DNA of 64,000 nt. Origin: Sminthopsis crassicaudata (Eukaryota). Made by a program: the position numbers and the translations under genes. Under the pieces are notes generated by a model that worked only from the letters and a program-made list of their open reading frames with translations, was not told where the DNA came from and ran no database searches. Below are positions 25,921 through 38,638 of this stretch, one piece after another (position 1 is the stretch's first letter; each line of letters begins with the position of its first letter). The stretch lies in NCBI RefSeq assembly GCF_048593235.1, contig NC_133617.1, positions 646,702,958-646,766,957 of the forward strand. The letters are read 5' to 3'.

Positions 25921-27139
25921 AGACTGGTAGACTTGCAGTTCTCTAAAACTTTAAAATATCCTCAGAGATATAAACCATTCATATTAGTAATAATGAAAGT
26001 CTATACTGGAAAAACCTTCATTGTATGAAAACGTAATAAAAACCTCCTTTTTAGAAAAAGACAAATGTTAAGAAATATTTTTTTCTTCAGAAACATAGTT
26101 AATGATCTGAGAACAAAAGCCATTTCTTCAAGAAATGAATAAAGGATAAACTGTGAAGAAAGCTTACTTCTTGTCTGGTTCATGCTATTATGCTCACCAC
26201 TCCAATACCACCATCCTCAAGTGTTCAACCATAGACATCAAAAGACAAGTTTCCTCTTTTCCTATCCCTGGAAGTAATGGAACAACAATATTCACCTTTT
26301 TCCATTCAAGAAAAATGATATAGATATAGATATGTAGGAAAGAGACCTTTTTTCAATTCCTGAAGAACTATCCAGGAAAGAACTAAGTAACAACTACTAT
26401 TTTGGATTATTAACTCAAAACTATATTTTTAAATACTATGATACCTTTTCCTTGTTCAAGATTCCTATAAAATTACTTCAAATTGTCTTCAGGGATAAAT
26501 ATATTACAGTTTAGAAATCTCTATAAGCTAGAGTGCTTAAATATTAATTATAAATTAGACTGTCTCTGGCAGACATGTCTAAAAGTTAGAATGCAACATT
26601 AATAATATCTCTTTGACAAATGTATATATATAAATCACCATAGCATACTTGTATATGTGAGTTATTACTGAGAATAAGATCACATGGTACCATCCCAGAG
26701 AAAAGACAAAGCTATCATTGCCCACGTTTTTTGTTTTTTTTTTTTTTTTTTTTTTGGGGGGGGGGTTGCCCACATCAGTATTCTCTGACAATTTCTCTCA
26801 CTTGCTTCCACTTATTCCCTGACTTTCTAGACCCCCTCCTTCTTCCAAATTTTACACCTCTCTTTGGACAGACATGGCAAAAGGAGCAGGCTGAACACTA
26901 AACTAAAGGCTTCATTTACAAATGATACCTCTGCTTCCTTTCCATTTATTCTCTTCATTTTCTGCAATTTGATTCGTTGTTTGTTTTTTTTTTTTTTACA
27001 AGAATCTCTCCTGATTTTCCTCCTACCCATCTGATCGCTTTTTCGCATTTTCCTTTGCTGAATCTTCATCCAGGTCATAGCCACTAACCCAACAAAGACT
27101 CTCTTGGACTTTCATTTCTTCTGCCTTTATGCCATTCCT

Positions 27140-27600
27140 TTTTTAATGTATTTATTTATTAAAAATATAAATACAAAATACATTGCTATATGTACAGCAG
27201 AACATAAAGATTCAAAATATGAAACAATAAATTTCTTTTTCAAAAAAGTCTAAATAATAAACACTACACCTTGTATTTAAAGCTGTCCATCTTTTACTTC
27301 TTTATAGCTTTTCTTTTGTTTCTGCTGTGTACTTTTTACTTTATTCTTCTTTCTCTCTTTCCTTCACCCCATTTCCCACAAGAAGTTTATAATTTAGCAT
27401 GTGTATGTTTTTATATACATACATATATACATATACACACATGTATATACATAAATATACCTACAAGGATGTACTATACTAATTTATTCTCTATTTCTCT
27501 GAAAGTGGATATAGCATCACTCTTACATACACACAAGTCTTTCCATAGTTTTCTAAATCCACCAACTTATCATTTCCTATAGCAAGGCAATATTCCAATC
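27140..27600 (-). mobile_element. Old L1 3' UTR fragment
   Basis: T-rich tail at low coordinate and motifs like tctatttctctgaaagtggatatagcat and atcatttcctatagca..caatattcc. Confidence 0.55.
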
Positions 27601-30189
27601 TTATAATATCTAGTTATTTTAAATAATCTGAAACATTGATTAATATGAATGGCATGTAGTATAGTTTTCCTGTTTTTCTCTTTTAATTAAATCTATTTTA
27701 GTTTTAACTTTGAGATCAATGATTGCTATCCCTGCTTTTTTTTCTAACATATTCTACTTTTGATCATTATTTCCTATCCCTGTGGACTACTCTCCTTTAC
27801 TCTTTCCAGATATTTGAGGCAAAAATTAACCCCTGCCTTCAAGAAGCTTATCTTCCAATGCAAATTAATCATTTGGAACACCAGAACAAATTTCCTCATT
27901 GAAGCAATGTTTTAAAAAGCAATTTTCCCAGGACCACTTGCAAATATCAATTTAATCCAGAATATAACTGAACTTTATAATACTAGCCTGACATATGGGT
28001 GTTGATAATAAGAAAAGAAGAAAAAAGGGGACAGAAAGAAAGAAATGGGAGGGAGAAAGAGGGAAGGGGGGAAGGACAGAGATAGAGACAGAGACAAAGT
28101 AGAGTGACCCTAGCAAAATTCTGAAGAAAAAATTAAATTTAGCTATGATATATGTGTTGCTTAATTCCTTCCAGAGGCCCAGAACATTTTTGTTCATTAC
28201 ACTTTTAACATTCTACTCAGGTATACCCTATTTCCCCTCCTAAGGTGTTCCACGTATTCCAAAATTAACCATTTTTTAACACCCCACTTACCATAGTACA
28301 GTCAATCCTACTTAAGTATTAGACAAAATAATCTTCAACTAATTCTTCTTAGCTCCTTAAACCTCTCAGGCCATTTGAATTTGTAAAATGAAATAGCTGT
28401 TAATCCCCAAGGAATCTATAATTAGCTGAATTTTACCACTATAACCCCCCCAAAAAAAAGTGGGGGGAAAAAAATCAAACAATCCTTAGTAAAATCTGAA
28501 GGAGTACTCAATCTACCTTCCTGGGACTCTGCCATCAGGGTCAGTTTCCCTAGCCTACCCTGTGCTGAATAATATGGCTACTCTTCCTCTATCTCTGAGC
28601 CCACACATCCTGCAAAGTTTCTGATTTTTTTTGAAAGGGACATACTGGGGGAGAGGGACCATGAATCAACGAGCAGGAAGACAATATATAAAGATCAGTG
28701 GGTAGTAATCATTTGAAACAATAGATCACTGGTAATTTGGGTGTTTTATAGATCAGGGTCTGTCATCTATTTTTTAATTCTTCAATGCTAAATTCAAAGT
28801 GGCAGTATTTAAGATATGACAAAATTGTTTTCAAAATAAAAGCAGTAGCTGCTTTAACTCGGGGAGGGGAGGGGGAGTAAGGGGAAGCTCCCCCCCCATA
28901 AAAAATTTACTGTTAAGGAAACAAAAAAAAAAAAAAAAAAAAAAACAACCACTAGCGCCAAAAAAAACTAGCAAAATATGTGCAAGTCAAACGAATTTGT
29001 CACTGACAATGCTACTAACAATGCTACAAAGTGGTATTTTTAATGTATTTGGACCACTGAAATTTCAGCTGGGCAACTTTTGTAAGCAGTTTTAACTGAC
29101 TTTTTTCTAAAAAAGATTACTAAGATCACCCATCTTTTATATATCTGGTTCTCTAGTCATCACAAAAAGAGAAGCCAGAGCAAAAATATTTTAACAAAGA
29201 CAAGGGTAGGAAGGAGGGAAGACAACATCATATCACAGATCTCAAGGGTCTGTCTCAGGAGATAAAAGGCAGTCCTCAAGAAATCATAGTCCCAACCCCC
29301 CTATGCTACATAAGGAGGAACAGAAATACAGGGAAAGGAGCTGACTTTTCCAAGGTCATACAGTGGTAATATGAAGCAAGACTAGAGCCTGGGCCCCAGA
29401 CTTCAAAATCTTTCTACTTCACAAGAGCTCATTTCCTACAAAGTGATAATGATTCAATAATAATTCACATATAATACATAGTTATTTTCCCACAAATTCC
29501 TCTAAAGTAAAAAGATGGGTGCACGCCCCGCACCAGCACAGAGGACACAATGAATCAGGCCAAGTGTCCGACTGTAGGAATGCGCCACAGAAAGCTGGCG
29601 CTGATTCAGACACAATTAGAAAGAAGTAAGGCAAAGACCACTTTTTCTAAAACTCCAATTCACAGGAATCTGCTAAAAAGGAGAACAGCAACTGATGGTA
29701 AATTTTCTGAAATGAAGTTCCTACTAGTAGCAATGCTACTAAAGGGGACACTACTTTTGTTTGTTTTTTTCTTTCATGAAGATTTTAAATGCCCAAACAC
29801 AACAATCCAACAATATAAAGGACAAAATACCTGAGCTAGTCACAGGAAATGTGCAGTGAGACATCCTTATGCTGCTATTGTTCTACAGCCAAAGTCTTAG
29901 GATCCCTAAAAGCATACCTTACAATGGCTAAAACCCCAGCTACAGATTCCTGGAAGATTAAATCACAGATAGCAAGAGGCAAGAAATTCTGTTAGCTCAG
30001 AGCTCAAGACCTACCCTTAGTAAAAAATAAAAATAAGTGAACAAGGAAAAGGATCTAGATGTATGTTCCAAAATAATATGCAAACCTAAAATCACAAATT
30101 TAAAAGGACATTAAATTATTTTTAAAGAGTCTGCCACAGACACAATAATGATTTCAGATGCTGCTAAAATGATGCTAAAATATACTTAC

Positions 30190-30264
30190 AGATTTTCAGT
30201 AGCAATAACTTTAAAGGAATGAATACAGTCCCACAATGAAGATAAGTCTTTCTTCCCCTCTGAC
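30190..30264 (-). CDS. Candidate 75-nt in-frame cassette exon, SEGKKDLSSLWDCIHSFKVIATEN
   Basis: tatttgctag|GTCAGAGG...GAAAATCT|gtaagtat. Phase 2 to phase 2 and open, but the acceptor is only moderate and I recognise no homology. Confidence 0.25.
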
Positions 30265-30826
30265 CTAGCAAATATTTTCAAGCCAGCAAAAAGACAAAGA
30301 AAATTCAGTTTCTGCTTTGTCCATTGATGTCCATGAGGTTCAATTATTTTCAAGCAAAATATCAAAATAACGTTGAAGAGTTTATAAGGCAGAAGCAGCT
30401 TGCAGCATCACAGGACGCTCCATATCAAAATTTTAAAGAAATGTCAGCTGTAGTGGAAGCTACGTTCCTGCTGTAGCTGATGCCTCAGCAGGAAGAGGAT
30501 GCTGGGAGATTTTTTTCCAATCTGTACTGCAACCTAATTCTAATCCATCACTGCTTAACTACCAAGAGGGAGATGCAGGAGAAAAAATATGAATGACTTG
30601 GATTTTAAAAACTAAAGTTCAATTTAAAGCATTTTAAGTAACTAATTAGAAATTATCATGAAGGAAAGAATTTAGGTAAAATAAGCAAAAAAGGTAACTA
30701 GGCAAATATGATGATAGTAGCTTATACATAACTCATTTATCTTTAAAGTCTAAATAAGACAATACCACCAAAAAAAAAAAAAAATACATGTTTACTGATT
30801 AGAAAGATTTTCAGAAACATAAAAGG

Positions 30827-30877
30827 TTTTTTTTGTTTGTTTGTTTGTTTTGTTTTGTTTTGTTTTGTTTTGTTTTT
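30827..30877. repeat. (TTTG)n/(TTTTG)n repeat
   Basis: Read directly. Confidence 0.9.
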
Positions 30878-31766
30878 CCCCCAGTAGATGGTGGGTCGGA
30901 TCACAAGTAGAGTAAGAAAATACTTGAGCCAGTGCCAGAAGAGAGGGCACAGGATATAGGCTGACCATTAAGCATAGGATTAAGCAAAAGGTTCCTTTAG
31001 AAATCATCCAGTTTAACAACCTCATTTCTCAGATAAGAAAATCAACTAAGACCAAGAAGATTCAAAAACCACACAGCTATTTAGTAGTGAACTAGAGATC
31101 TTAGTACTGTTCTTCCCTATAGTCCCAAACTCCAGTTAAATATAACATTAGTATTTTACAATTTTTATGAATTACAAATTACAAAAATCTACAAATTTTA
31201 CAAATTTACAAGATTTTACAAACCTTAAGAAAGCAGAATAAATGGACGTGATGAAAGGGGGGGGAGAGAAATCACAAATATGCAGTTACGGATTTCCTCT
31301 TAAGTTTAAAGCTTCACCTACACTGAAATCCTTCTTTATTAACATTGTCTTAACAGGAGACCCCTCTGGGTCTCAAGTTTCTTCATCTTTAAAATGTACA
31401 TGTTGGGCTGAATTATTTCTAAGGTCCTGCTATTCTAAATTATAATATCTCAGGATCTTATAAAATGTATTTTAATTTTATTGACATCAAAGCCAATCTA
31501 AAATATATCTGTTGAGATACCTATTACTCTTTCAAAACTGGTTTTAAAATAACATTTTACTACAAACTAAAGAGCTAGAGTAGAATATAAAGAGTTAGCT
31601 CTGCTATTTATTATCTTTGACTTTTGGCAGGTCACTTAATTTCTATAGATATTTATTATAGTAATGACATTTACATAATGCTTTAAGGTATACAAACATC
31701 TTACATATTTTTCTAATTTTAATAGAGTTTTGCATGCATTTAATCAACTACAACAATGATTCTTTG

Positions 31767-31845
31767 TGTATATATATATATATATGTGTGTGTGTGTACA
31801 CACATACATACATACATATATATGTATGTATGTATGCATGTATAT
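31767..31845. repeat. Compound (TA)(TG)(CA)(TATG) microsatellite
   Basis: Read directly. Confidence 0.85.
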
Positions 31846-31904
31846 TTTCCAAGAGTAGGGGTGTGGGGCAGTGGGAAATTGCAAAAAGTAAGGCTTAAAA
31901 TATC

Positions 31905-32140
31905 ATGGTATAGTTAATAGAGCATCAACCCTGGGGTTAGGAAGAGGGAAGTTCAAATCCAACCTCAGACATGCAAAAGTTGTGTGACCTTCGTCAAGTC
32001 ACTTAGCCCTGTTTGCTTCAGTTCCTCATTTGTAAAATAAACTGGAGAAGGAAATGACAAATCACTCCAGTATTCTTGCCAAGAAAACCCCAAATAGGGT
32101 CAAGAGAATAGGGTGAGACAGAAAGGACTCAAAAATAAGA
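31905..32140 (+). mobile_element. Mar1-type marsupial CORE-SINE
   Basis: agttcaaatccaacctcagac...aagtcacttagccctgtttgc...ctggagaaggaaatgacaaatcactccagtattcttgccaagaaaacccc. Confidence 0.78.
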
Positions 32141-33799
32141 AGGCTCAAAAAGCATGCTGCTTTAATAATGAAACATTTTAAGCAGTCCAAGGGAAATTTG
32201 ACTAACATATACTGATTTGAATTAGTAATAAGAACAAATAATGAGGTTTGGATTTTTCCTCCTTATAAAAGTGCAGGAAGGAGGCAGGAGACAATGCCCA
32301 TTTAGATATTCAACCAAAAACAACTAACCAAAGGTAAGGCAGCAAAGATCCTCCAGAGTAAATAAACTGCTTTTCCCTATTCTGTTTACTCGGTATTTTT
32401 CGATGAGTTTTCTGACTTGATTACCACTTCCAGAATTCAGATAACAATATCAGATGCAAAAATCTGGTAAAAACTCCACTTCCATACCCAAACATCATGC
32501 CTAACACTAAAGAACAAAACAGGGTTAAAATGGAAGCACTAGAAATAAAAATGAAACCCAGAATTCCATTGCTGATAACTTATAATTTTATCCACTTATT
32601 TATTTTACAACTAACATCAATTTAAACAAAACCAATTTTTTAAATTTTATAACTTGAATAAACTTAACTATTAAATATGGGTAATTCTTTTTAAATTATT
32701 TTTGTGTCCCTTTTAATTTTCTTTCATGCTATTCACTTCTATATATTTATATTCTCTTTAGTACAGTTGTAGTCTGTACATATCGATTTATTTATACTCT
32801 GTTTCATATGATTTCTTTTTTTTATTTTGAGAATTTGTAATTGGATGAACCAATCCCCTGTTGTCTTCTTCCCAGGTGGGGAAAGAGGAAGGGAGAGGAG
32901 GATCTACAATAAAAAAATAAGGCTGCTAAAAACACTTTTGCCTATATCTAGCTTTTACTTTTTTCCCCACACAGTGAAGGGCAAAGACATCATAAATACT
33001 TGATATAAATCTTTTAAAATTCACTCTCCTAGCTTCAAATCATCTCACAAATTTCTGTTGCTACCACCTCTAAAATTAAGGACAAATTCATGTCCCACAA
33101 AGTATCAAGAAAATGCCACAAATGAAAAAAAAGGGTACCTTTTTTTATGCATGCATGCATGCATTTAATCAACTGCAATGATTCTTCGAGTAGATATGTA
33201 TACATATTTTTCCAATGGTAGGGGTGTGGGACAGTGGGAAATTGCAAAAATTAAGGCTTAAAATATCATGGTATAGTTATCTAGCTCCAGTGTTCTATAC
33301 TGGAATGTTCCCACAGAACTTTAAATTCAGTATTTTCAAAATTTGCCTCATCTTCCCTGGCAAAGAACTATTATTTCCTCCTATCTTTCTTAATTCTACA
33401 GGTGATACCTCCAAACTCCTAGTCCAAGGTTTAATCTTCCAAGTCATCTTTGGTTTTTCTATCTTTTACATAACGGAGTTGTTGCCTTAACCTTTTGATT
33501 CTCTCTATAAAGTATTTCCCACCCTCACCATCACCACCACCCTAGGCCATGCCCTCATTCCATCTTTAATGGCTAAGAGAAATGAATTTCTATCAAGAGA
33601 TCTGGGTTTAAATCATAAAAAGTAGTTGTGGATCTTTGTATCGCTGTACTGCTGAAAGTAAGAAAGTCATTCACAGCTGGTCATCTAGAACATATAATAT
33701 TAAAAAAAAAAAAAAAAGAACCCTCCTCAAGTCTCTCCTCTCTCTAAACACAACTGCCAAAAGTAATAGTTATCATAGTAGTCAAACACAAATTCCAAC

Positions 33800-34110
33800 C
33801 ACTGTTGATAAAAATTAAATATTTGACAAAAACTCCTGGGAAAGCTGGGAAACAGTCTGGCAGAAGCTAAATTTAGATAAATATTTCACAATATAAAACA
33901 CAATGAGCTCCAAACTGACATATAATAGGATATAAAAGGCATATAAACAAATTTGAGAAACAAGGAAAAGTCTTTCATATGTGAAAAGTTCAAGGAGAAT
34001 CACAGGAGAGGAAAAGGGCAATTTTGATTACATAAAATTGTAATGTTTCTGCACAAAGTCAATACTTAGAATCAGAAAGAGAATAGTTAACTGGGGAAAA
34101 AAGTTTTGCA
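33800..34110 (+). mobile_element. Old L1 ORF2 fragment
   Basis: tatttgacaaaaactcctgggaaagctgggaaacagtctggcagaagcta resembles ORF2 LFDKNCWENWKxVWQKL. Confidence 0.65.
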
Positions 34111-36220
34111 GAGATAAGGCAAGGCTTTAATTGAGGTTTATATAAAAAGCTAAAGAAACTATAAAATTAGATCATACTAGAGAGGAAATTCTGTAATCTA
34201 TTGTCAGTAATAACAAAAGCAACAGTTCTTTCAATTCATGTAAAAGTTTTCTCCACTAATATAAAAGCCATCATTATTTGGAGTCAATAAGTATAGAAAT
34301 TTTAACATATGTCAAGGAAAGAGAGAGACTGAGGCTTCAAGCATTAATCCTGATCTTAAACTGAATCAGTGAAAATGGTAATATTTATAAAAATATTAGT
34401 CTCCACATTTCTCAAGGACAAAACTATCAAGGAGAACAACCATTAGCATATGGTTAATATGTTTTTAAAAAATTTATTAGTATCTGGAAATCAAAGCTAA
34501 ATGGAACACATTTAAAGCAAACCAATTTCAACATATACTTTCTGAACAATAAAGTGAACAATAATAGATTTGGAAATTGTCTCAACAAAAACCCATACAT
34601 TAACAATATAAATACTTTTTAACTTAAGAAAGAAAGAAAAAGATTAACACTTCCTTGTCAAACATTCTCAGATTGATAAGCACTCTCAGAAAACATCACA
34701 AACAAGTCAAAAACCTACAAAAAATATTTTTGGAACAAGCATACATCACTTCACCAGGCAATGGTAAAGACTGACAACAGGTGCTTGACAACAGGTGCTT
34801 GTCAACAAGAGCATGCTACTGGATTTGTCAAATATAGCCTAAAGTATTTTAACTCCAGATGGAGCATACAAATAAACTAAAATCTCCAAATGTATTGCCC
34901 TTATACCTATCCATATGAATGCAACCAACAAAGCTGATAAAATATCAAAAAAAAAATTAGTGTCAGTATGACACTTTTTTAAAAATCTGCCAAGCATTAT
35001 ACTAAGCACTGGGGCTGTAAAAGACAGTTTTTACCTCAAGGATGTGACAATCTGCAAACAATTATGGAGGAAATAATATGCAACCGTCAATGTCCAAGAT
35101 ACATTCAGGATAAATTGGAGTTTATCAAGAGCTTGTGTAGATTTATTCATGAAAAAGAAAGAATTACAAAGTCAATTCAAGATGAAATCACTCCCACTAG
35201 ATTTTACAGAAGAGTTTATGTAAGGAAAAAAGTAAAAGTTGTGTAAAACTGCAGGCTGCAAAATATTAGCAACAACTAAAATACCTAACAAAGATAAGAA
35301 CTAGTGGCTAGAATTAAACATCATAAGCAAACCATATTGTCATGGCTTGACAGCAAATTCCCAGACAACAAAAAGCTCACAATATCCTAGAGAACCCAAC
35401 CAACAAACTAAACTAGAATTGCACTATTATCACAGACCAAATTGTTGCCAACAATTACCTACACATAGCATTGATCCATAAAAACTTAAGGAGGTACAGC
35501 CATGCCAAATATTCAATCTCCAAACAATATGGAATAAAAAGTTGTAAGCATATAGGGGCCCAGAAGGAGGAAATCAAAATCAGGTAGGAATAAGATGAGG
35601 TGCATGTTATTCTTTCTACTTTTGGAGTTGTACTAACTAAAATTTGATATTTTCATTATACCTACAGAGGATGAGCGTATATAATAATAATTTTATTCAA
35701 CTACTGAAATTAGTCATCTTAGCAACCTATGTAAAAATCGACTTCCTTCCAGAACTATTTCTATGCGAAAATTATCAAAAACAGATGAGATCTCATGAGA
35801 ATGAGATGATAAGGATGATGATAATGATGATAGTAACAATAATAATAGTTCACATTTCTATAGAGCTAAAATTAGTACTTTGCAAAAGCATTTTCACCAC
35901 AATACCACGAGAGTGTGAGATATATAATAGAGTACTATTACTCCCATTTTATAGATAAGAAAACAAATTCAAAAGCCATGACTTGTGCAAATCCATATAT
36001 ATGAACTATAAGCTTCTTGAGGGCAGAGACTCATTTTCACCAGCAATCCCCTCACATCTGGAATGCACTCCCTCCTCACCTGGATCTTACAAAATGCCCT
36101 CTTCCTTCAAGACACTGCTCAAGCACCATCTTCCAAAAAAAAAAAAAAAAAAAAAAAAAGCCTTTCTTGATCCCTTCAACTACCTTATATTTAACAACCA
36201 CATATTTATACTCTTTTTAA

Positions 36221-36315
36221 TTTATTCTATCTATTTATGTAGTTACTGGTTCTATCATTAAAATATTTATTTATTCTATTTATTTATGTAGTTACTGGTT
36301 CTATCATTAAAATAT
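36221..36315. repeat. Tandem duplication, about 49-bp period, two copies
   Basis: tttattctat(c/t)tatttatgtagttactggttctatcattaaaatat at 36221-36266 and 36270-36315. Confidence 0.9.
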
Positions 36316-38558
36316 ACAATCCTTCAAATACTATACTGTTACTATAACTATTTCTGCTTGGGATTTTTATTTTTAGATATAAAAAGTTATTTTCAGAAAA
36401 AGAGAAGCCAAAAGTAAAGTTGAATATTAAATCACATTTATCAAAGAAGAATGAGCATTTCAATAGTTTGTGGAAAATAATCTTAGGTTGAGTTCTCATT
36501 ACATATTAAATCTTTAAGCCCAGCCTTTTGATATTAAAAAAAAAAATTCTAGATAAGTTTAGTTCCTTTCATTCCTGCTCTAGGACAAGTTCTATAAGAA
36601 CTTATAGGGCTTTACTTCTCCCTGGCTACTCCTTGACACATACCTGCCAGTGTTTACTGGGGCATATAAGAGCATGAAGTATAAAACTAAAACAGAACAA
36701 ATGGGCTGATTTAGAAACACAGGTAATAATACTATTTTCTGGGACGGCTCTCCTGATCTTTAGTTTACTGGTTTTGAATTCTCAATACCTAATAGTGGCT
36801 TGTCATTCTCCTATTGGGACCTAAACTTCTAATCCTAGATAATTCATTGCAAAGAATAACAATCAAGAAGACCCATTTCGCTTTCTCACACAGCCCTACT
36901 GCTATGCTGCATCCTGCTTGTGGGACCTCATATGGTGTTAGTAGAAAATAGCTGATTCTACCCTTACCACAGCTACAGCTCATGACGATGAGCCATGAGA
37001 AATGGTTTACAGTAGAGGTGTGAAACATGCAGCCAAAAAATACTCCAATAAGAACCAAACCAGATTAAAATATAATTAGAAAATATTGAACAAAATAAAT
37101 AAAAATACAACAAAACTTAAATAACATAGCATTTTGAAACTAAGTCAGTATGTGGATTTGTGATTGCCATTTTCTGTTTGGGTTTGACACCACTGGCTTA
37201 TAGTTTAAGACTGGAGAAAGCAGGTATATCTGGTGTTGGGCCAACATAGGAGCCTAAAATGGCTTGGAGCTAAATGGGATTCTTTAGAGATAATCTGGTC
37301 CAATTGTCTTATTTTAAAAATTAGATGAAGTGACATACAAGTGGTAGGTAAGTGAGCAGAGCAGAATTCAAACTCAGATTCTGCCTCCAAATCTAGGGCT
37401 CTTACCAGTATGCTGCTTCCTTGATCAACTAAAACATGGTGGATTCCAATTTCTTCTTAAAACCAGGTTAGAAGCCTCTCCATCCATGGCTCCAGAATAT
37501 TCTTCTTAGTCATCTCTAAAATTCTCTGATATCAAAATACCCACATCAAGGAACTAAGAATACTGACTTTCTTTGTCTCTGGGATACTTTAACCCTTTCA
37601 TCTATTCTCTACTTATCTTTTCCTCTTCTACCATTGCCACCATAAACTGATATCAATTCTGTCATACAGAATAAAAAACATATAAATTCAGAAACAACAC
37701 AAGAGGGAATGAAAACCAGAAGTGTGTATAAAATACAATTACTTAGGTTTATTGAGGGAGTGCATAAATTTTCAAACCTCATCTTTAATAAAAGTTTCCC
37801 AAATCCAGATCAGTTTTCATGATCAGACTAAAGCATACTTTATAGTACCCAAATATGAAAGGGGATAAAAATAATTATCATATACAAATAAAGTTGTCCC
37901 CAGAACCCAGAAAATAGAATTTAAACTGGTCACTTCTCTCCCTACCCCCAAAACTACACACACATTCTCTTCTCTGTGTCTCTGTCTATCTCTTTGTCTC
38001 TGTCTCTCTCATACATACATACATATATATGTACTCATGCATTCCCCATAATATCAAGTGCTCTATCCCTTGGAATGTCTATTTCAGGAAATAGTCTGTA
38101 TCAACTAAAAATATATTTAAAACCAGCCATACAAATTGCAACATAAAATTAGTTACCTATTTAATAATCATGTAATTTCAAAAATCTGTTTTTAGGGGTG
38201 CCATATCATAAAATACATTACACTTCATCCAAAGAATTCACAACATTCAGTTGCTTCTAGCTAATTTCCTTATTATCCTATTTTAATTGAACATAATGTC
38301 ACATGATTTAGCTCATCCAGAGTCTCATTCATATCAATTTTCTTATCGATGCAATGGGGATACTATTTCCAACTCTGCCTACAAAGTGCAAAAAGCCTAG
38401 GTTGTTGTGAGGTTAAAACACAATAATTTACATTATCAAATGCTAGGTTCTTACTAAGTGCTAAGTCGGTACTTAACAATTCTCTAGTTCTGGCCTTTAC
38501 TGGGAGTAAACAAATGGCTAGCCTATTATTCATGGTGATGACCTTCTTTGTACTTAGC

Positions 38559-38638
38559 NNNNNNNNNNNNNNNNNNNNNNNNNNNNNNNNNNNNNNNNNN
38601 NNNNNNNNNNNNNNNNNNNNNNNNNNNNNNNNNNNNNN
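38559..38638. other. Assembly gap (80 N)
   Basis: Run of N. Confidence 1.
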
